From the NCBI GenBank assembly GCA_965207455.1, contig CBDBMJ010000001.1, forward strand, positions 32,001 through 96,000: 64,000 nucleotides of DNA, written 5' to 3'. Shown in pieces: positions 59,379 to 64,000 of the stretch (its first letter is position 1; each line of letters starts with the position of its first letter). The translations under genes were made by a program, and so were the position numbers. A model generated the notes under the pieces. The model ran no database searches. It was not told the origin of the DNA and worked only from the letters and a program-made list of their open reading frames with translations. The stretch is from Bdellovibrionota bacterium (GTDB lineage: Bacteria > Bdellovibrionota > UBA1018 > CAIPTA01 > JAALKR01).

Positions 59379-61013
59379 ATGAAAAAAATATATAAAATTG
59401 TAGCTGTATTATGTCTTTTGGTCTCAGGGGTTTATTTTTATTTAGGCCTAGAAACTGGGGACACGGACGAAGCGATGGCAGAAATTCGTCGAGCCATGCG
59501 GACTCAGGTGAAGTTAATGATTCGAGAGGTGAATGGAATTGCCAAGGAGATGGATACCCAACTCCATACATTTACAAAGACGAGGCAAGCTTCCAAATAT
59601 TCTTTTTTAATGGGCGCGAAAGCACCCTCATATGTACTTTTATTGACGAAAGGGAAGGAAAAAAAGTTTGCGGCACCAAAGTTACCCAAGGATTCTGCTA
59701 CTTCTATACACCAAGCCCTAAGGGCCCACCTCCATTCTGGTCCGCCCATGGCGTACTATGAGGACGCAAGAAAAAAATCCTATATCCTTTTAAAGGGTCT
59801 GATTAAGAAAGTTCAGTATGGCGCGGCTTTTCCTCAAGCGAGTTTCTTTCGATCCCTGAAAAATAGGGGTTTTATTTCTCCATGGGTCATTACCAGAGAT
59901 GGCACGTTTTTATACCATTCGTCCCCTCGTTTTGTGGGTAAGGATGCTGCATGGATCCGTCCCGTGGCTTTGAGTGAGGAGAGTTTAAGCACTAGGCAGC
60001 GCACAGAAATGGTCGCAGAGTATAAGAGTTTCGACGGGAAAGAGGCCCTGGGAGCATGGATCACCTCACCCAAGTTAGGGGTGATTGTGGGCTTGGAGTG
60101 GCCTTGGTCTTGGTCGGGAAAGAAGAAAAGTGCTTCCATTTTATGGATAGCCATTGGGTCTCTTTTTATGGGATCCCTTTGTTTGGGCCTAGCCCTTCGT
60201 TCCTCTAGGACAGCGTCGGTTATGGCTCAGGATAGGCCTAAGGAAGACGACAAGGAGGAGAGTAATATAGTTCTGGGCCATGAGGCAGAGAAATTTATTC
60301 GTCGAGCGGAGCGATCAGCAGAGCTTTCCGCAAAGTATGCCAAGGAGAAAGAGGAGAAGTATTTGGAGTTAGAGGGTCGAGCGAGGGAAAAAATAGCCCA
60401 TGCGGAGAGGGTTCGTTGGGTTTTTGATCAGACCAATCATTTTCTCGATGCGGTTATGAACACAGAGGAGGAGCAGGATGTGTGGAGAATTCTAGCCCGT
60501 TCCCTTTCTTCCATGGCGATGCACGTTCCTGTTGCCATTTACCAGTACTCGTCCACCACTTGCAGTCTTTTTCCTGTGGCTACCGCTGGAGTAGAGGAGT
60601 TGAACGAGGAGGCTTCCCAATTTTTTGGGGATGCACGGATTATGATTGGTGGTTCTAGGCACATAGCGAATATTCATAAAACAAAAGCCTTTCAGGCCTG
60701 GCACGAGCGTTGTGAGAAGTATGTATCTTTAGAAAATACGGATATTTTGTCCATACCTTTTAAGAGTTCCAGCGGATCGCAAGGGGTTGCTATTTTTCTC
60801 CTGGATAAGGAGGCCATGCTTGGTGTAGAGCTCCAGCAACAGCAAAAGTTATGGAATTTATTTTGTTATAGAGCTGCTTGGCTTTACGATATGAAACGTC
60901 GCCTGATACAATTTAAACATGAACATGGTTCGAGAAAAATTTCCACCAGTACGCTCGACTCAATTGGAAGTGCACCTTCCAAATTTGAGGAAAAACTTCC
61001 TCCAACTGTATAA
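59379..61013 (+). CDS. Membrane sensor-like protein (TM-Cache-like-TM-coiled coil-GAF-like) with no obvious output domain
   Basis: Two TM segments; WVITRDGTFLYHS Cache-like motif; coiled coil; ILSIPF..GV GAF-like end. Confidence 0.5.
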   Translation: MKKIYKIVAVLCLLVSGVYFYLGLETGDTDEAMAEIRRAMRTQVKLMIREVNGIAKEMDTQLHTFTKTRQASKYSFLMGAKAPSYVLLLTKGKEKKFAAPKLPKDSATSIHQALRAHLHSGPPMAYYEDARKKSYILLKGLIKKVQYGAAFPQASFFRSLKNRGFISPWVITRDGTFLYHSSPRFVGKDAAWIRPVALSEESLSTRQRTEMVAEYKSFDGKEALGAWITSPKLGVIVGLEWPWSWSGKKKSASILWIAIGSLFMGSLCLGLALRSSRTASVMAQDRPKEDDKEESNIVLGHEAEKFIRRAERSAELSAKYAKEKEEKYLELEGRAREKIAHAERVRWVFDQTNHFLDAVMNTEEEQDVWRILARSLSSMAMHVPVAIYQYSSTTCSLFPVATAGVEELNEEASQFFGDARIMIGGSRHIANIHKTKAFQAWHERCEKYVSLENTDILSIPFKSSSGSQGVAIFLLDKEAMLGVELQQQQKLWNLFCYRAAWLYDMKRRLIQFKHEHGSRKISTSTLDSIGSAPSKFEEKLPPTV

Positions 61014-62055
61014 ACAGGCAAGCCCAGCAGAAATCCTAGTTTCATTGAAGGCCAATGCGTATGGATGTGGCGCAGGGGTCATTGCTCGCTATTTAGAGAA
61101 AACCTGCACTTCGGGCTTACACGGTTTTGCGGTGGCCAACGTAGAAGAAGCCTTGGAGTTAAGGGAGGACAAGGTAAGTAGGCCCATATATATTCTTTCC
61201 GGAGTTCAATCGCCCACAAAGGAAGTATTTCGTTATTTAGTCACCCACTCGCTCGTACCTATTATTTCTTCCATATCCGTATTGCGTGTATTGGCAGAAC
61301 TTTCCTCCCAGGAATCTTCCCCCATACCCATACATTTAAAATTTAATACAGGAATGAATCGTCTGGGCATAAACCTGGATGAATGGAAGGTGGCTCAGGA
61401 AATTCTGCTCAATAGTAAGGGTTTGGTAATGGAGGGGGTGCTAAGCCATTATGCTTCCTCCAATAAGCCCAATGCTCTATTGACTCGCAAGCAGACCAAG
61501 CTTTTTATTGGCGTATTGGAGACGATAAAGTCCTGTGGTTTTGATCCAAAATTTATCCATATGTCCAACTCAGCTGGGATCCATAACAAGTGTTTTCCTT
61601 TGGGCAATCTTGTTCGACCGGGCTTGTATTTATATGGGGAGGGGGACGACGGATTGGAGCCAGTGCTTCAATGGTCAGCGCAGATTTACGATATTCGCAC
61701 AGTGGGCAAGGGGGAGGGTATTGGTTACGGTCCTCTCTATCGTGCTTCCCGAAAGTCAAAAATTGCCACCCTTGGGGTGGGCTATGCCGACGGTTACCCA
61801 CGAGTACTATCCAATAAATCTCATGTATTGATACGGGGAAAAAAATGCTCCATTGTGGGGGCGGTTAGCATGGATCTATTGGCGGTGGATGTTACTAAAC
61901 TTTCCAATGTGAGTGTACAGGAAAGTGCTATACTATTGGGGAGAGACGGAAAGGAAAGGATAACAGCCGTGGATCTAGCCCAAAAAGCCAAAACAATTCC
62001 CTGGGAAATCCTTACTAGTATTTCTTCACGAGTACCTAGATTATTTATACGATGA
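60919..62055 (+). CDS. alr: Alanine racemase
   Basis: LKANAYGCG, HLKFNTGMNRLG, VRPGLYLYG, GYADGYPR, VSMD, SSRVPR. Confidence 0.94.
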   Translation: MNMVREKFPPVRSTQLEVHLPNLRKNFLQLYKQASPAEILVSLKANAYGCGAGVIARYLEKTCTSGLHGFAVANVEEALELREDKVSRPIYILSGVQSPTKEVFRYLVTHSLVPIISSISVLRVLAELSSQESSPIPIHLKFNTGMNRLGINLDEWKVAQEILLNSKGLVMEGVLSHYASSNKPNALLTRKQTKLFIGVLETIKSCGFDPKFIHMSNSAGIHNKCFPLGNLVRPGLYLYGEGDDGLEPVLQWSAQIYDIRTVGKGEGIGYGPLYRASRKSKIATLGVGYADGYPRVLSNKSHVLIRGKKCSIVGAVSMDLLAVDVTKLSNVSVQESAILLGRDGKERITAVDLAQKAKTIPWEILTSISSRVPRLFIR

Positions 62056-63872
62056 ATACCCATGAAAATTATTGGATTGTTCGAGACCCGAAATTTCATA
62101 TTTCTGGTCCCATGTCTCGTGCAGAGTTGGTGGACAAAGTTAAAAAGCAAGAGATTGATGTTGATTATGAAATAGCCCATTCTGCGGGTTATTGGTTTAA
62201 GGTGGAAAACAAGGAAGAGATACGAAGGCTTTTACCAGAGTTGCTTGGCGATGTGGAACGTTTAGTTCAGGATAAAACAGAGATAGATGTGAAGGAGAAA
62301 ACATCCAAGATATATTTGGATGGAGAAAGTTCTATGGATGGCACTAGTGTTGCTCAAAAAAAGCGCATGAAAGTACAAGAGGAGTTTACTGTTATTGGGG
62401 GAGAGCCTAGCGGGAATGTTTCTAAAGGTTCCAGTATGGAAATATTGAATGAGCCTCGAAGGGGACCCAAAAGGAAGTTCATGGTAGAAGAGGAGGAGAA
62501 ATTTGGCCTTTCTTTTTTGCTGGCTTGGCTGAAAAAGGAGAAAAAGAAAGCTATTGGGTTTTCTTGTTTTCTTTTGATTCTTTTAGTGAGTGGCATTTCC
62601 TGGTTTGTGCAAAAGCCGGCTACTGAGGAAGATATAAAGCAGGCTAGCATAGAAACCGACCTCAATAAATTCATTGATTTAAAAGGAACTTTTTTATTAA
62701 ATCAAGCCGAAGGTGCCAGAAGAATTTTAAGCGATCTTGAAAACAATAAATCCATAGAATGGCTTATGGCAAGAGCCTTATTTAACAGTCATTTTCTATT
62801 TAATTCCAGAGAGGCGATTCGAATACTTAAAACAACAGAGAATCGTTACAGCAAAAAAATGGATAAGAAAGAGGCATTGGAGATACACAATCTCATTGGA
62901 ATATATTCCTTAGATTGGAAACCTTCCCAGGCCTTGTATCGTCTGCAATTAGCGCAAGTGCTTGCTCCCAAAGATTTTATTATTCAATATAACTATGGTC
63001 TTGCTTTAGTAATGAGTAAAAAATATTCTGAAGCAAGACAGCACTTCAATTTAATTGCATTAAAAATAAAGGACGTACATTTATTGTCTCAAGTTTATTT
63101 TATGCTTGGAACTGTTCGCAACAAAGAATCTAAGGAGAATTATCAAAAAGCATTGGAATATAATCCATTCTATGGAGAGGCACGGATTATGTTGGCTCTT
63201 GATCAATGGGGAAGTAGGGAATTTGAAAAATCGCGAAATAATTTTCAATTGTTTTTAAATGGACTGCCGGGCTTTGTAGATGAACTCAATGTAAAGAATT
63301 ATCGTAAAGGTAAAATTAATAAAATATACGATAAAGCGAGAAATAAAGTGCGAGATTTGCTTATAAATCAGAAACCAGATGCCTTGCTTTTATCTGTAGA
63401 AGGAATGCTTTCCCTATTGCTAGGAGATCATGAAAAGGCCATTCGATCGTTTGAGCGTTCCCTTGGGCTTGAGCCAGGAAACATTTACGCACTCAATGGC
63501 ATTGCTTATTTTAAATTGAAGGAAGGAAAGGAAGCAGAAATTGAGGCTTTATTATTGGAAAAGACAAGAGATAATGAAAATAATTTTGCATCCTCTGTTC
63601 TTCTTGGTCAATCCTATTTAAAACAGGGAAAGTATAAAGAAGCTGCTATTGCATACACACAAATGACAAAAGAGTATTCCAATTTTAGTTATGCTTGGTC
63701 CTGGCTTGGATTAAGTGTGTTAAGTCTTGGCAATAAAGGGCAAAGCTTAGATTTTTTTAAAAACGCAAGGAAACGAAATCCTTTGGATTCCGTTGTTCTA
63801 GAAGTATTTACTAGAGTACAAAATCGATTTTATTTCAAGCCATACCAAGCTTATAATTTATTCCCCTTTTAG
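62052..63872 (+). CDS. Membrane-anchored TPR protein with N-terminal GYF-like domain
   Basis: W.VR...SGPMS..EL N-domain, single TM, multiple TPR-like helices. Confidence 0.7.
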   Translation: MNTHENYWIVRDPKFHISGPMSRAELVDKVKKQEIDVDYEIAHSAGYWFKVENKEEIRRLLPELLGDVERLVQDKTEIDVKEKTSKIYLDGESSMDGTSVAQKKRMKVQEEFTVIGGEPSGNVSKGSSMEILNEPRRGPKRKFMVEEEEKFGLSFLLAWLKKEKKKAIGFSCFLLILLVSGISWFVQKPATEEDIKQASIETDLNKFIDLKGTFLLNQAEGARRILSDLENNKSIEWLMARALFNSHFLFNSREAIRILKTTENRYSKKMDKKEALEIHNLIGIYSLDWKPSQALYRLQLAQVLAPKDFIIQYNYGLALVMSKKYSEARQHFNLIALKIKDVHLLSQVYFMLGTVRNKESKENYQKALEYNPFYGEARIMLALDQWGSREFEKSRNNFQLFLNGLPGFVDELNVKNYRKGKINKIYDKARNKVRDLLINQKPDALLLSVEGMLSLLLGDHEKAIRSFERSLGLEPGNIYALNGIAYFKLKEGKEAEIEALLLEKTRDNENNFASSVLLGQSYLKQGKYKEAAIAYTQMTKEYSNFSYAWSWLGLSVLSLGNKGQSLDFFKNARKRNPLDSVVLEVFTRVQNRFYFKPYQAYNLFPF

Positions 63873-63875
63873 TTC

Positions 63876-64000
63876 ATGAAACTCAAGACCTTTCAAGCAG
63901 CCTATTACTCTAAAAAATTGCACAAAGAACTGCCTGAGATTGCCATACCCACTTGGTCCGTGGAAGAACTATGGGGAAAGAAAGATGGTGAGTATTGTTT
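63876..64000 (+). CDS. Partial ORF, hypothetical (runs off window end)
   Basis: ATG 3 nt after the previous stop; open to the end (MKLKTFQAAYYSKK...). Confidence 0.5.
   Translation, partial: MKLKTFQAAYYSKKLHKELPEIAIPTWSVEELWGKKDGEYC

Noticed and set aside
5308..62674. Numerous short antisense or nested ORFs in the six-frame track
   Set aside because: They overlap well-supported genes and show no motifs or RBS; treated as shadow ORFs

Overview
Bacterial chromosomal segment. Gene content and order suggest a Bdellovibrionota/Oligoflexia-like (deltaproteobacteria-like) lineage, which is inference. The housekeeping backbone includes tatD, VKOR-DsbA, pgeF, rluD, rpsA, PIN-phoH, rpmF-plsX-fabH-fabG-acpP-fabF-rpiB-glyA-gshB, murD, gloB, ftsEX-envC-ctpA, tolQRAB, a GT9 heptosyltransferase, carD, nadB and alr. 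Small AT-rich islands encoding novel secreted proteins interrupt this backbone. The highlights are: (1) a bufferin-like MNIO RiPP locus (DoxX-YceI-three DUF2282-like Cys precursors-DUF692-DUF2063-DUF255) whose precursors carry a shared C-terminal extension, one with a possible lipobox and one with a duplicated HxC motif; (2) a recent tandem duplication of a lipB'-fabI-secreted-gene unit, with a chlamydial/plastid-type FabI and different secreted-gene 3' ends in the two copies; (3) a probable non-canonical AUC start for rpsA; (4) an eroded IS630 with recognisable terminal inverted repeats, inserted at the end of one of two paralogous secreted genes; (5) a divergent HTH / DUF4423-like / small secreted peptide module with a duplicated 44-bp palindromic operator-like sequence; (6) a secreted protein with a near-perfect 291-bp tandem repeat; (7) an M48-like pseudo-peptidase. 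All family assignments come from motif recognition by eye, not database searches. No rRNA, tRNA or CRISPR array was seen.
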